Shown here in pieces: positions 1 to 17,926 of a stretch of 64,000 bases of DNA; position 1 is the first letter of the stretch; every line of letters starts with the position of its first letter. Made by a program: the position numbers and the translations under genes. The notes under the pieces are model-generated. The model was given only the letters and a program-made list of their open reading frames with translations. It made no database searches and was not told the DNA's origin. The DNA comes from the human T2T-CHM13v2.0 reference genome, Homo sapiens. Location of the stretch: NCBI RefSeq assembly GCF_009914755.1, contig NC_060929.1; one strand, 5' to 3'.

Positions 1-2350
1 GTCTCCTTGAGTAAAAAAAGCTCTGGTTCAGAAGTCAGAGAGCCTGAATTTTGATTGTGACTCTTTCTGGAAAGATCTGTGTATACTTAGATCAGATACT
101 CACTCACTTCTCCTGGCCTCATTTCCACACTGGCTAGATAAGTAGGTTAAATTACAGGACCACGAAAGTCCCTTCCGGTGCTTGCAATGCATAACCTAAG
201 TGTTTCTGTGAAATGACATGAAACTCCTCCTAGAACAACATTTGGTGTGTTTCAAAAGTCAATAAAAATACCAATCTACATATGTTATACAACAGACTAA
301 CTGAGGCTTGGACAAGTGAGGGCTTGTTCAGCAAAAACTCAACATTGATGTTATAAAAAGCGCAGAGAAGGATGTTGATGTTGTGTGATGTGGGGCATCC
401 TGCTTGAAAATTACAGGCAGCACAGGCAATGACAGGGCAGCAGCAACCCGTGGCCGACTGATGGCCGCCTTGTGTAGGTTTCCCAGGGTCCACCCTCTGG
501 ACAAACCGCAGATGCTCAGAACTCGTGGTCTGGTTCCCCACCGATGACAAACAGCTCCTAATTTTGCTGGTTTCTGAGCTGCCTTTGCTTCGACCCCTGT
601 TTCTGGATGTTTTTTTGTTTCTGTTATGGATGGGAGCAAATTATAACATGGGAAGAATGGGTAGGGGTAAAAACAGAAACATTAAGCCTGAAGAGGTTTC
701 TTTGGGCTTGGAAGTCGGCAATGGCCATTTTAACCGGCATTTCGGGGTGGGGGGCGGTGGCGCTTGCACAGTTTGAAGGTAGTTGGCGTAGGATATCCCA
801 TTTTGTACAAATGTCACCTACAACAAAGCTAATCAGATGGCTGTATTCTGCTTCTCTCTCTCCTCGAATGAGTACGCTTTGTTCCTGGAGGCTCCAACTC
901 CACGCATCAGTAAACGTTAGCTATCTAGATCACTTAATTTTTTTTTAATCTTTAGGTGGTGTGTCTTTTTTTTTTTTTTTGCAGCTTTTGTTTCCTCAAA
1001 GTAAACATCTTTAAAAAGGACTGAATCTAACATAAGTAATAGATTCATTGATAAGGGAAAACATGCCCCTCTTTTCCTGAAACAAAATTTGCTCATCTCT
1101 CTGTGAAATGGAATAAAAGCTTCTAAATGGCAGCTATTAACAGCTGATGAACGTGGCCTGGCTGGGCTATGTCATGAGTGGGCAGGAGAGAGGAGGAGCG
1201 GGGCCAAGCAGCGGAGTAAAAGGCTATGTATTTACTGCTCTTAAGAGTTAGACGTGGCCTTGGCAATAGACAACAGCCCTCATTGACTCCAACTCCTAGT
1301 GTTATTGGGTCTCGGTATTTGCTACAGAAAACTGCCTTCAGATGTCTTTAAAAGGCTTGAAAATGTGCTGACCACTGATGTGTGAAGGGCTGCAATTTAG
1401 ACCTCCAGAAATGCCTGGCCTGTAGAGGAATGGGACACCCGAAAGGTCAGTCATGATGAGGAAGGCAAGGACAGCACTCAGAAAGGATGGAACGGGGAAA
1501 CGCAGAAGCCCCGGCCCCTCCAGGACCCGGGGGTGCCTGTGCCTGGCTCCAGGTCATGCACTCACCTCTAACATAAGAGATGCTTGAGATGCGGCCTGGA
1601 GTGAAGGTGGCTTAGAAAACGTCAGACTTTTCCTAAAGGCCAGTGTGCACTCAGAGAAAGATCCAGAAGCTGTCTTCTCTCTGAGGATAAGGACCATTTC
1701 TAGTTTGTTCAGCACCACATTCCCAGCACTACCAATGCGTATTCTTATTCATTCATATTTGTGAGTAATTAAATAAAAGGAAGGGATAGAGGAGCTTGGC
1801 AAGACCTCCTAGCAGCACTCATCAGCCATGTCCTTGGGCCCACAAGAAGTCCTGTGGCCACTGTGGGCCTGTGGCTGGGGGAGCTATGGGGACACTCTAG
1901 TGCTTGGTGGATACCAGACCTCCTCTGGATACTCAGAGCAGAAAGAGAATGGATTATAGGATCCTGGGCACCCCACAGAGTGAACAGGGGGATGAACATA
2001 GGAGCTGGGTAAAGGTGGTGGCAGTGTGACAGCTGGGACCCTGGCAGAGATGGTCTGGGCGACACTGTGCTGGCTCAGTATCCACAGCCCTGCCAGGCAC
2101 CACTGGACACCTGCACTGCCTTACATGTGGGGAAGGCCCAATTTCTTCTAAGTTGGCCCTGCTGGGCGCCATGCAAAAGACACACAAGCCCTAGGGCAGG
2201 CATTGGAAGAGACAGTGCTATGAGGAATCCAGTTAATTAAGCAAATATGAATAAAGAAACAAAGCAAAAACACCACTATATACATTTTGGAATTTAATTT
2301 TGTGTCCACAGTTGGCCAGGGCCTGTAGTTACAGCATATTAAGAATATGT

Positions 2351-2954
<604 letters not shown>

Positions 2955-4889
2955 GAATATGTGAATGGAAGTGCTCAGTGGCTAGTGTGGCTAATTGGCT
3001 GAGGTGACGCTGGCTAATTGGCTGAGGTGACGCTCCTGAATAGCTCAGCACATTCTTAAAGAGTCTTAAGTGAAAGAGAATGGTCACAGGTGGTTTTGTT
3101 ATGGGCTCAGGACAAGTCAAAACACTGGAGACACCTTCCCTGTCCAGGCTGTCATTTGCCACCTGTGAGGTCAACACCAACTCTATCCCCTTCCCTCCCC
3201 GCAAAGCCACCCGCACCAGCTGTGCTGGGCTATTGTTTTTCTGTGGGCCCAGCCCAGCTTCATGCCCTATAAAGTGCTCTGGCTTCTGAGGGTGAATTAA
3301 CTCTTGTTTTTATTGCACTGTTAATTCCAGCTCTTGTCTGTCTCCCTAATTCATTCCACATGTCTGGTCCCTTCTGCCCATAGCAGTCCCTGCCCAGGCC
3401 GGGGCTCATCTGTTTTGTACGTCTCGCCTGACAGGCGCTGGCAGCTCCGTCCAAGAGCTCCCAGGGTTTTTCAGGTGCCTCTCTCAGGGCATGCCTCCTC
3501 CTGCCCTGGACCGCACTGGATTCTAAACTTTTCAAGAGCCTGGACCTTAACTCATTTGTATTTTGTGTCTTCTCTGAGCCTGATACTTAGCAGGGGCTCA
3601 ACAAATCTTGTTCAGTCCATGAATGCTTCAAAGCACCTTGGAAGTCGTGCCCAGTGACTGCTGGAAAGAGTGCCGATGGCACTGGAGATGGAATGAGGGT
3701 TGGGCAGCCTTACAGGCCAGGGAGGTGCCTCCATGAAGGGCGCCCCAGAGCTCAGCAGATGCATGTGGGGCCTGGAAATGGACCACAAAGGAGCACGTCC
3801 AGGCCCTACCCTGGGGGACAGACAGCACATGTGGTGTGGGCGCAGGTTCTAGGCTGAAAGCACTAAGAGGGGAGGAGGGACATGACTGGGCCGATGGGCC
3901 CCGGAAGATTCTACTCTCACGCTCGGGCCCTACACATGCCTGCCTGGTACAAACCCTTAATCATGCATTACCTTCAAGCAGGAAGGGACTTAGAAATGCC
4001 TCTGATTTTGAGTTTCCCAAGATGTGTTCCTTGGAAGAGTCCTCCTCCCTCCCTTTCCTCCATCCTCATCTTAACCTGGCCCCTTCCATCTTCATTCTCC
4101 AGAGTTTGAAGGGTGGAGAAAGCACCCCAGGTGGGTAGATGTGTCCATTTCAGAATCTACCCATTTCCTCCCAAAGTATGGAAAGTGTATGGCCTCTGCT
4201 TTGAAAGCAAAATGGTAGAGCAAAAAAAGTGTTAGAGAAAGCATCCTGCTGTTCCGCACCCGCCTCCACATGCGTTCCCTGGCTACACTGTGTTCCTGGT
4301 CCTGCTTGGCTGTGTTTCCCACTCCCTCCTCCTCTTCCACCTCCATTTCCAACAGGTCCTCACACTGGATGAGCCATTAGCTCTGCCCCAATTTTAACCC
4401 CATAAGCAAGACTCTTAGAACCCAGGAGTGGTGAGCTCCCCCACGCCAGCACTTCTCATCATCGGCCCCCACCTCCCCTTGCCGTGCCCACCCCCTCCTC
4501 CACCTCCTCCCATTGTTGTTATTTCTGGGAGCTGGGGAGGAACAGCGTGAACTAGCTACTGCAGGATTGAAGTGTATTGTGACCACCCTGCTCAGAACCA
4601 CAGAGTGTTTGTAAAAGGATGCATTTGAACAGCTGGTAGTGCACACACACCCGGCTCTTCGAGGCTTCGGGGGGAGTGCAGTTTCCTAGTATGAAATTAA
4701 AAGATAAGTTCTTTACTCTTTCATCCTAAATTTTGCTTTAGCCTGATTTGCTGGCGCTGTAGTCAGAGGCCAACATGTGGCCCATGGAACATTGTTAGGT
4801 GATTCTCCAAAAGTGGGAGGTGGGAATGGTTTGGGAAAACACAGATACACATACCCAAAACCTCCTTGCCAAGGGACTTCTCAGAACTA

Positions 4890-5193
4890 TTTTTTTTTTT
4901 TTTTTTTTGAGACTCACTCCGTTGCCCAGGCTGGAGTGCAGTGGTGTGATCTCAGCTGAGATCAGCTCACTGCAACCTCTGCCTCCCAGGTTCAAGCGAT
5001 TCTCCTGCATCAGCCTCCTGAGTAGCTGGGATTACAGATGCATGCCACCACTCCTGGTCAATTTTTGTATTTTTAGTAGAGACGGGTTTCACCATGTTGG
5101 CCAGGCTGGTCTCAAACTCCTGACCTCAGGCGATCCTCTCACCTCGGCCTCCCAAAGCGTTGGGATTACAGGCATGAGCCACTGCGCCTGGCC
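4890..5193 (-). mobile_element. AluS
   Basis: poly-T plus reverse Alu; TSD TCAGAACT. Confidence 0.92.
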
Positions 5194-5981
5194 TCAGAAC
5201 TCTTAATAGGGTGTGTTTGGTAAGAGCAAAGACTGTGTCTTTGTCATTCATTCTGATGCCTTCAGATAAAAGATCATCAAAAATGAATACATGTATTATG
5301 AATTTCCAAAAGGAGATATGGTTTACACAGCATCTTCCAACCTCAGGACTCTGCATTTGCAGAGCAGCTCAGGGGTGCAGCTTCAGGTTCTGCTCCCGGT
5401 AAAGCAGATGGGAGGAGGAGTGGGGAGTGTTTGCTGGCACCTCTTTAAGGAAGCAGACCCAGAGTGGGAGGAGAGTTGTCCTTAATTAATAAAGTGGCCA
5501 TTGCGTTGATGGCTCTTATGTTGAACTCAGGCACAATTGCATTAAAACACATATTTACTGAGCATCTACAGGGCACTCAGCATGATTCTCAGGAAATGTG
5601 CTGACAGCATGCTAGGTGCTTGAACAACAATGAACCAAACATAGTTTCTGGCATGAAATAATTTCAGGAGTTGCATGAAACTAAGCCTAGAGGAATAATC
5701 AGAAAACAATTCAAGGCAGTATAAAATTGTGAGCATAGGTGTACAGTGCCAACAGTAAGCACCATGAACTATAAAAATAAGGAAGAAATTAGACATGCCT
5801 AGGTTATCATGGAGATCTTTGGGAGAAAGTGGGATTCGAGGTAGATTTCAAAGAATGGTATGGGTGTGGATTGTAGAGCAATAGAAAGGCAGCATCCTCA
5901 GGGAGAGATCTTTATGTTGTCCACTCATGTATCCTAAGCACTTAGTCCCCAGCACAGAGTCACTGCAATAAATATTTGTTA

Positions 5982-6342
<361 letters not shown>

Positions 6343-6853
6343 CTAGAAGTCAACAGTCAGGCGGAAGCTCTAGGTGGGAATGTGTTCACTCCGTGTGGGG
6401 AGGGGCACATAGTAGGGGTGGTGGTGACGGGAGTGGTGCTGTGTAAGAGCTGTAGGTTGGAAAGGTGGGGGTTGAACTGTAAAGAGTCTTGAATATCAGG
6501 ATGGAAAATTCAAATGCGATGTTGTAGGTTCTTCATTTAGGGAGATAACATGGGAAAGCAACCACAGTGAAAAGTCACCCAAACGGAAAAATAACAAGGG
6601 CAGCAGCGTTTTAGTCTGGAATATTAGTTTGGTGACTGACTGCAGGATGAGAGAAAGGGAGGATCCAGATTCTTCCAAATGGGATGGTAGCAGCGGGAGT
6701 AGAGAAATAAAAAGATAACGTGAGAAATGTTCCAAAGCAAAGACATAGGGCTTGGGGGATAAAGGAAAAGGAGAAAGTTAAAAGTAAAGACGACACTAAG
6801 AAATTTGAATAATTAGGAGAATGTTGGTATTCTCGGGGGAAAAAAAATGAGAC

Positions 6854-8057
<1,204 letters not shown>

Positions 8058-10118
8058 TGAGTACAGTGGGCTGAGTGCAATAATTGGCCATAAATCAAAG
8101 CTCATTAGATGGAACCATTAAGTAATCTGAGGATTGGGGAGGGAGGATATTGTAAATTGGGAGTTGGATTTGAGAGGTAATCCAGTCTGCTGTCTCTAGT
8201 GTCCTTCCCCTGTGGAGTGCTGCCTTCCGCTGTTTCAACTTGGCCTGACATTTATAGGCATTTTTGGCCCCTTCTTCTGCCCCCGACCCCTCCACCACAC
8301 ACTTCCCCTCAGCAATGAGCAAACTGGGAATCACTGGACTTGAAATCAAGGTGGAGCTCAGTAGAGTGGTTAATTAAGAATGTGATTTTTTAAAGCACTT
8401 TAGGGAGTTACTAGAAATCGGAAATGCCTTTTTCGTTTGATTAAGAGTTACTGGTTTGTGAGGGCAGTGACTGAGATGTCATTATCTGTGTTTTTGGAAG
8501 CTGCAGGGCTCTGAGTCTAGCCCTCAGGAGCTCTTAGCATCAGTGAACCTTGCCAGCATCAGCAGGCCCCCAGCTCCTGCCCACAGAGCACCTCCCTGCC
8601 AGGGGCCACAGTCCCTAGGGCCTCCGGTATCAGGCGGTCAGGATGACAGTATCCTAAGAAAACCCTTTCCCCTAGCCAGTCCCCAGCATGCGGCACACTG
8701 TCTACCTCAGCCATGAGCCTCTGTCCTTGCGTGTGTGCAGTTTCTTGTTTAGAACAGACCCACAAGAAATAAAGAAACTCATGAACCTCAACAAAATAAC
8801 CACCTACCGCAAGGACAGAATGATGTTTACGAGCCACAATGGAAGGAAGGAACCACTTTGGCAAATTCATCACTGGAATTTGAATGATGCGTATGTGTTC
8901 TTACATATAATTTGAAGTTGAGAACGTGGAACATTGAGAAGAAGAGACTGAGAGGTTGTGACGTCATCAAGAAAGCAGAAGAGGTAGCCCCAGACCCTCT
9001 TTCCTGGCATGGAGACAGTGACTCAGCACCATGCAGACCAGTTCTCTTTGTGAAAAATCCAGAAACCAGAGGCTCCTATACCTCAGGTGAGCGCTTCACC
9101 AGCCTCATCAAAGCTGGTCATCTGACATCAAGCTGGAAATGGCCAACTGCAAGCAGTCTTCAAAGGATCTGAAAATACAAAGAATTTGAAAGTAAAGGAG
9201 AGGAGGGAGCCCTCTGATTAAAAAAAAAAAAAAAAAAGTCATAGTGTAGACCTTTAATCTCTGAGAGTAGTGAGCTCGGGCTCTGACTTGACTGAAGGCA
9301 CCAAAATAGCTAAGCCCAGAAGGTTATTTATTATATACGAATGGGATGGTCTGGCCGTGGAATTCCTCTGGAAGACAAGCTGCAGAACTGCAGGAGAGGG
9401 CACCTGCTGCCCGTCACGGATGTCCACCCAATCCTGCTCAGGAGGAACTCGGGGACTCAGGGAACCTGAAACTTTTTACACGCTTCCATCCACACTCATT
9501 CCCTTCACGGCATCAGCCCATCATTTCTCATGATAAAGTAAAGCATGATTCTGACCCCTCAAAGTAAAAGAGATGGAATTTTCCTTCCTTCAGATGTGAA
9601 AACAATTTGGAAGCTCCAGATGATAGTCTTTCTAGAGGGATTCAGAGTGCTAATTTCCTGTTTTCGTCCTTCACGCCCCTTCATCTTTACTTTTCCTCTC
9701 AAACCTTCAGGAATCAGGGATAGAAAATAAACCCTTAGAGGATTTGCCTCTAGATCAGATGTCCAAAAACTCTCCTGGAACTTCTGGAATATTTGCCTCT
9801 AAGAAGTAGGGCAACCTCGAGTCAAAGCCCCTCCTGCCCTCCTGTACACATTAAAGATTTGAACAACAAACAAAACTTTCTTCATCTTCTTTAGGAGTGT
9901 TCGGGAAATCTGATGGCAGAAAGGACTTTTGTTTCCTCTTCTAGGAATTCTCTCCTCCCTGAAAAAAAGTTTTCCCATGTCAGTATTTTCCAATGTCCAC
10001 TTCATGCTGTCTCAGACTCATGTTCTGGGTCTTCCTCCTCTTCCCGTTTTTCATCATGTGTTCCTTTGGCAAATGCCCTGATGCCCAGTTTTCCTGAATC
10101 GCCTTGGCAAGGTTGTTA

Positions 10119-10442
<324 letters not shown>

Positions 10443-11236
10443 TTACCCAAAGGAAGAGGACAGAGACTAAATTGGGGTTCTCAGGCCCATTGCTGATGGC
10501 ACTCTCTCCTGGAGCCCCCTCTCTAGTTATAACCCAGACCTCATCCACTGCCACATCAGAGGACCACTGGCATTCCTTCAACACCACTGCTAATGGTAAC
10601 CAGATTGTCAGAGCTCTGGAGAGGAAACTACATGTACTCCTCGCTGGAGGATGCTCTTCCTCCCTCCCAGAACATCGGTGGCCACACTTCCCTCTAGTTT
10701 GCAGCCTCAACCTTCAACTTGAAGCCCAAAAGCTACCATTGGGAAAGGACTGCTTATTGTTTTAAGTGAAGGATTTTGAAGATGGTAACTTAACTTCTAA
10801 AACTTCTAATGAAGATAAAAATCAATTTCCTGCCCGCCCCTGTTCTCTCTCTCTTTCTGTCTTCCTCTGGCTCTATTATCTGAAAAATGTAGCTCGGGAA
10901 AATATGGCCCTGGGGAATAATGGAAGTGAGAAAGCTGTGTAGCCTGAGCTGAAAAGCAATTAGTTGTCCCCAAACCATCTCCAAACTAGCAGAGGCGCAT
11001 CCCTGAGGCCGGAAGACATCACTGTGATTGAGTTCTGTGTTGGTCAGTTTGCTGACAGCATGCTGTGTGTCCTGGGGCCCCATGAAAAGTGGTCACCACT
11101 TCCCTAGCTGGATGGGACCTTTGCAGGGCCTCAAGAGTCAATGGGTAAGAAAGAAGACCAAGGTAGACGAATCTTTGAATATGTGGCTAGTCGTGAGCTG
11201 CTGCTTAGATTTTAAAATGGTAAATTAAGATTCTGA

Positions 11237-11546
11237 GACCAGGCGTGGTGGCTCATGCTTGTAATCCTAGCACTTTGGGAGACTGAGGCAGGTGGATCAC
11301 TTGAACCAAGGGTTCAAGGGTTCAAGACCAGCCTGGGCAACATGGCAAAACCCTATCTCTACAAAAAAATACAAAAATTAGCTGGGCATGGTGGTGCACA
11401 CCTGTAGTCCCAGCTACTCAGGGGGCTGGGGTGGAAGAATTACCTGAGCCCAGGAGGCTGAGGCTGCAGTGAGCAGTGATCAGGGTATTGCACTCCAGCC
11501 TAGGCAACAGAGTGAGACCCTGTCTCAAAACAAACAAACAAACAAA
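11237..11546 (+). mobile_element. AluJ
   Basis: J-type GAGCCCAGGAGGCTGAGGCTGCAGTGAG; (CAAA)n tail. Confidence 0.9.
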
Positions 11547-11699
11547 AATTCTGCCTGATTGGTTTTTGCTGGACACTGCTTTATGTCAGGAAAAAACAAA
11601 CAAAAGTATTCCCTTTATAGTATTGTTTTCTACAGTGTGAAACTCAGATGTCCATATTTGAAGATGCTAATATAAAAAAAGAAGTCCATGGTCAAATAA

Positions 11700-12737
<1,038 letters not shown>

Positions 12738-13708
12738 TGAAGAAGACCATGTGGTAGACGGCAGTTCTCAGATGTGTCTGCCAATGGTCACCCGTTTCAG
12801 GAAGGCAGCTCTTGGAACTGTTTTTCAGTATCACATGTTTTGCTGCTGTATACCTGTTCCTCATTTCCAAGACCTTCATTTTTCTGTTGATGTTTCAAAC
12901 CAGATGACTCATATCTTGTAGTCATTTCTCCTTTACAGGATGATTTTTGAGGTAATTGACCCATTTCTGACCACATTTTATAAAAGATCAGTCCGTCAAC
13001 GTAAGATGGAGACTATGTAAAGTTTTCAGATGGCCATCTCCTCTGCAATATTGATGGGGCCTGCAGACTTGAAGCAATTGCCCAGGCCCCTCAGTTTCCA
13101 TGCATGGCCTCCTTTGAGCCTGAGAACAAGGTTCCTGGCCTGTCCCTAGTCTCTCCTTGATCCATACTCCTTAAAAGGATTTATTCAGGCCTCTTCTGCC
13201 AACTGCTATTTAGTCATTTTCACTTTGTCCAATTTTGAATTGGCCTATTCCTTGCCAAATATTTTTTGGTAACATACTTGAAAGCAAAGTGATAAATTGG
13301 GAACAACCAGATCATTCCTTTGGAACAGTGTCTTTTTTACCAGCCAGGCTTTCCACCTGTGAGGTCAGCTCTTCCTTCCAGGATTGTCACCACATCTAGA
13401 GGCTTGGCCCAGCCAATGGCAAGAGGATGAGAGGCACCAACTACACAGAACTGGGACCTGGAGTTAGGTCTCTCCAGTGAGGTGGGGTAGGCAAAGTCTC
13501 ACGTCAAAGAGGTTTAGCAACAGCACGCTGTGGTTCAGGCAAACAGTTGGCACCAGAGTCTCCAAAGGCTGGGAACTCCGTGAAAGGCAGGCGAGCAGGC
13601 AGCTTGCAACACACTCCAGCCATCAGCCCAAGGGACAGGGCGATATTCTGGATGCTGCAGTGGGAACTAGAGATAGATGAGGCTTCAGGGATTAGAACCG
13701 AGACAAAA

Positions 13709-14273
<565 letters not shown>

Positions 14274-17200
14274 CTAAAGGTGGGGACAATGTCTGTTTCC
14301 ATCACCTGCATGTTGCCCATGCTGCCCCCAGGTGTCAGTAAATTCGTCCAGAATGAATGAGTGAATGAACTGAACTACTTAACAGCAGTGGGGATGGAAT
14401 TCGGTTTGCAGGGGAGACGATGCTCAGGACGCTGGAGATCCACATCCCTGCATTGCCGAGGGCAGATGCAGCCGGAGAGCCCCACTGGGACACAGTGATT
14501 TTTCCAGACCCTTCAAGCCATGTGGCTTGTGTGTAGGTCCGTACTGACCAGACAGCCCGAAGGTGGCATGAAGCTGAACAAACCTGGATCGAAGCAAATG
14601 CAGTTGGATCCCAAGGTTGCAAGTCTGTTTCTGTTTTGAGCAATTTGTCTGGTAAACATTTAGCAGGACCTGTTTCACCTCACTGAGGATAAAAGAGAAG
14701 CTTTGGCTCAAAATCCTAGTGCCAGAATTTCTGGCCAGCAGGGACATTTCTAAAGTCACCAAGCAAATGTTTCCCGATTACGAATTGTAATTTGGGATTT
14801 CAATGTCGGGAAAAGGACAGCAGATCAGACGTTTTAAAAATGCACAGCCTCCAAGGTAAAAATAGTGGAGGAAAGTCAAGACCAGCTGAATTTTGCCTAA
14901 AAGAGCCCGGTTTCCTCCTAAGCTAGGTGCTTGGCTTTTATTTTTAAATTGTTTCTCCTGATACTTTGAAACGCTGTTGTGTTCTGAGTCACTGAAGAGT
15001 TGGAAGAAGTCAATTAATTTTTAATGCAAAATGCAGAATTTGGAAGTGCCTGAGTGGGTTTTGGAGGGTGGCAGGGTTCCAGGCCGAGGCCACAGAGTCT
15101 AGAGTTACAGGACTTGGGTTGTGGTGAGGAACTTCAGAGTCACTTAGCTCATCAACACCATCTTGATGGTATTCTTGTTGATGAAAACTTTCAGACTAAA
15201 TGCTAATTACTTTCAAGAGGTGGAATCTGGATTTTGTTATTGTTTGTTTTGTTTTTTTCTTGTGCTAGGTCAAAGTGTCTTATGAGTCCCCAAGTGAAGT
15301 CTTTGTAACTCATCTGTCCTCTTCGGTCATCTCACCAACACTTAGATTCTCTGGCAGCCTGAGGCAGACTCTTCTTTTCCGAAAGATGAAAAGCATGTCA
15401 CTGGAAATATTAGTCAGGCTGAAGAAAAAGCTTTGTGAGTTCTGCATAATCACAAAGAAAGGGAAAGTAGGTCACATTTGGAGCTTGTTCTGTTTGTGGA
15501 GGAAAAATAAAAGAGGATGAAGAAGAAAATGTCAGATAATTTAGTTCTACCACAGCTTCTTAAGCCAAACCGATGGTGTCAGAGTTTTGAGATCTGACAC
15601 CATCCTCACACACTCGGGTCTCCCACAGGTTTAAAGAAAATCTCCCAGGGCTGGGCTCAGAGATACTGCCAGACAACAGGAACTGACGGAACCAATTGAA
15701 TAGGATTCCCCATATGTGCTTCAGAGAGAATTCATTTGCAGCTGAATGGCAGGCTTTTGGATTGGAAGAGAGTATTTGGAGGGCTTGTCTGAGGTTGCAG
15801 AATTCATCCTGAGTAGCTGCCATCCCAGGTCACCCCTGAGTCACCCCCAGTTTCCAGTTCATTGGCTGCCATTGGCTGTCAGTGGGGTCAGGAATTATTA
15901 ACAGGACTACAATACTCCGGGGACCCAGAGTATGTTCTAATTCCGTTGGTCTTTAGGGTTGTGAGATTTCTTGGTCCAGGCCAGATTCCTGGAAGGAGAT
16001 GCTACTAGCAAGCTATGGCCACCCCAGAATAGCCTGATGTAAATGGAAGCCAGCGGCTGGGAGAGCTCTACACACTGGGGTTCAGAGGGATGCTTTATGT
16101 GCAAAGCACCAAACCAGGGCAGTTTCTCTGCTGTGGCTCCAGCTCTCTTAGAGCCTTAAATTTAGAAAAAAAAAAAATCAAGATGCCATGAATGGCCTCA
16201 GCTCTAGGTCTTATCTTCTGTCTTTTCACTTTTTTTTTCCCTTCTATTTTTCATTTAAGTGCCCCTCAGGTTTTGCAGGAGTTGTAGTCTTGAAAATGTG
16301 TGTGCTTTTTTTGCTAAAGAAGCATGTATGGTTGAATCATTAGGGAAGCTTGCTGTTTATGGAAAGACTACCGTGATGCAATTTACGAAGGGAAAATCCT
16401 TTGGATGTGCAAATAAGCATGATTTAATGAAACTGCCCCAGGATGAGCTTTGAGTCTAATGTATTTGCTGTTTATAAATTGGGAACCTCTGTGACAACAG
16501 ATATAGTTCTGCTACTTTCTATTTGACAAAACAGGAAATCAAGAGTGATACAGGGACTGTCTGTGACTATTTTAATATTCATGTAACTATTCAGAGCTAG
16601 GGGAGATCTCAGTCTGTGTGGATGTTGCAGTATATTTTGGTATTTATCTTGTGCATGCTACCTGTCATCCCTAAGCTTATCATCAGCACCATTAGTAACA
16701 CTGAGTCAGTGCCTACTATGCATGGGGCACTGGGTTTATTAAAGTCTATTACATCCTGGGCTGATGGGAGTGTTTTCGAAGTTTTCAGGGCCACCAAGAT
16801 CTATGTAGATTTGCATTGTGTGTGCACTGTGTAGATTTGTGTGGTTGGGGGAGACAGAGGGTATGGAGTTAAGATGAGGTCTGGCAGGTCTGCTGTTGGA
16901 TTGGCCAGGGTCCAGGAACAGGAGGTCTAACTCAAAAAGGAGGCCAGTGTAGGTACTGAAGCCCAGACCCAAATTGAAAACAATCACTTACTCATCAGCA
17001 AGAACAAGAACAGTGTGATAGACCAGAAGGACAGGAAGATTGCATGAAGCCAAGGTTAACTGCCTGGCAAGTTAAAGGACGGTTGATGCAAGAGTGATTG
17101 GGTGTGGTTAGTAAAGGACAGTTGACGCAAGAGTGATTGGATGTAGTTAGTGGGCAGGCCTGGCTCCTTCAGTCACTGCCTGGGTGACTTTTCCCTTCTT

Positions 17201-17394
17201 AGGCCTCAATTTTTTTAACCTATTAAATGAGATAATTAGATTAGATGAGAGATTTTCAAATATACTACTTTTTAGGCACTGGAACCCTTTCTTAAACTAA
17301 GATTTTTGATATGGAATCACAATGTGTAAATCAATGAAGGTGGAGAAGCCCCATCTGGTTGGTGTGGGGGTGGGGAGAGGAGCAGGATTGGGCA

Positions 17395-17926
17395 TGATGG
17401 ATATAGTGAGTTCTAAATTTCTCTTCAAAGAATCAGTATGTCAGAATGTTCAGTTCTTTGTCCTCCATTTTGAAGTTTAACTTCCTCGTAGTTTGAGTAA
17501 ACAACCTTTTCCACCAGTTTTAATCAGTAGTTCACATCTGTTTCCCGGGTCACCAGCTCCATCCTAACTCATCCTGGTCACCTGCTCTGACCTAAGTCAC
17601 CTTCAGTTACCTGTTCTATAACCGTCTTTCCTGCCAAACTGCTCACCCCGCCACTCTGGGTCATACCCTTGCTCTCTTTAAAATAGCCAATAGGAATTAG
17701 CTTAGACTGTGTGGTCCAACCCTAGCCAACAGGAGAACAACACAGCAGTAGGGGCTACCTGCATCAGGAATAAGAACCCCTTCCCCTCTGTTGTTCAGGT
17801 GTGCTCTCGCCATTGCCCCATCCGCGAGTTGCACCCTTCTGTGGAAGTAAAATTGCCTTCCTGAGAAAATTCTTTGAGTGCTAGTTCTCCTTTTTGGCAC
17901 CAAGGAACAAGCATTTGTTTCTAACT
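17395..17926 (+). mobile_element. LTR10-family (LTR10A-like, ERV1) solo LTR
   Basis: TG..GGATATAGTGAGTTCTAAATTTCTCTTCAAAGAATCAGTATGTC start, AAAATAGCCAATAGGAATTAGCTTAGACTGTG, AGTAAA signal, end GCATTTGTTTCTAAC; 4-bp TSD GGCA (17391-17394, 17927-17930). Confidence 0.82.

Noticed and set aside
9216-9237. ATTAAA running into an isolated A-run, possible processed-pseudogene tail
   Set aside because: No TSD or recognisable parent mRNA upstream
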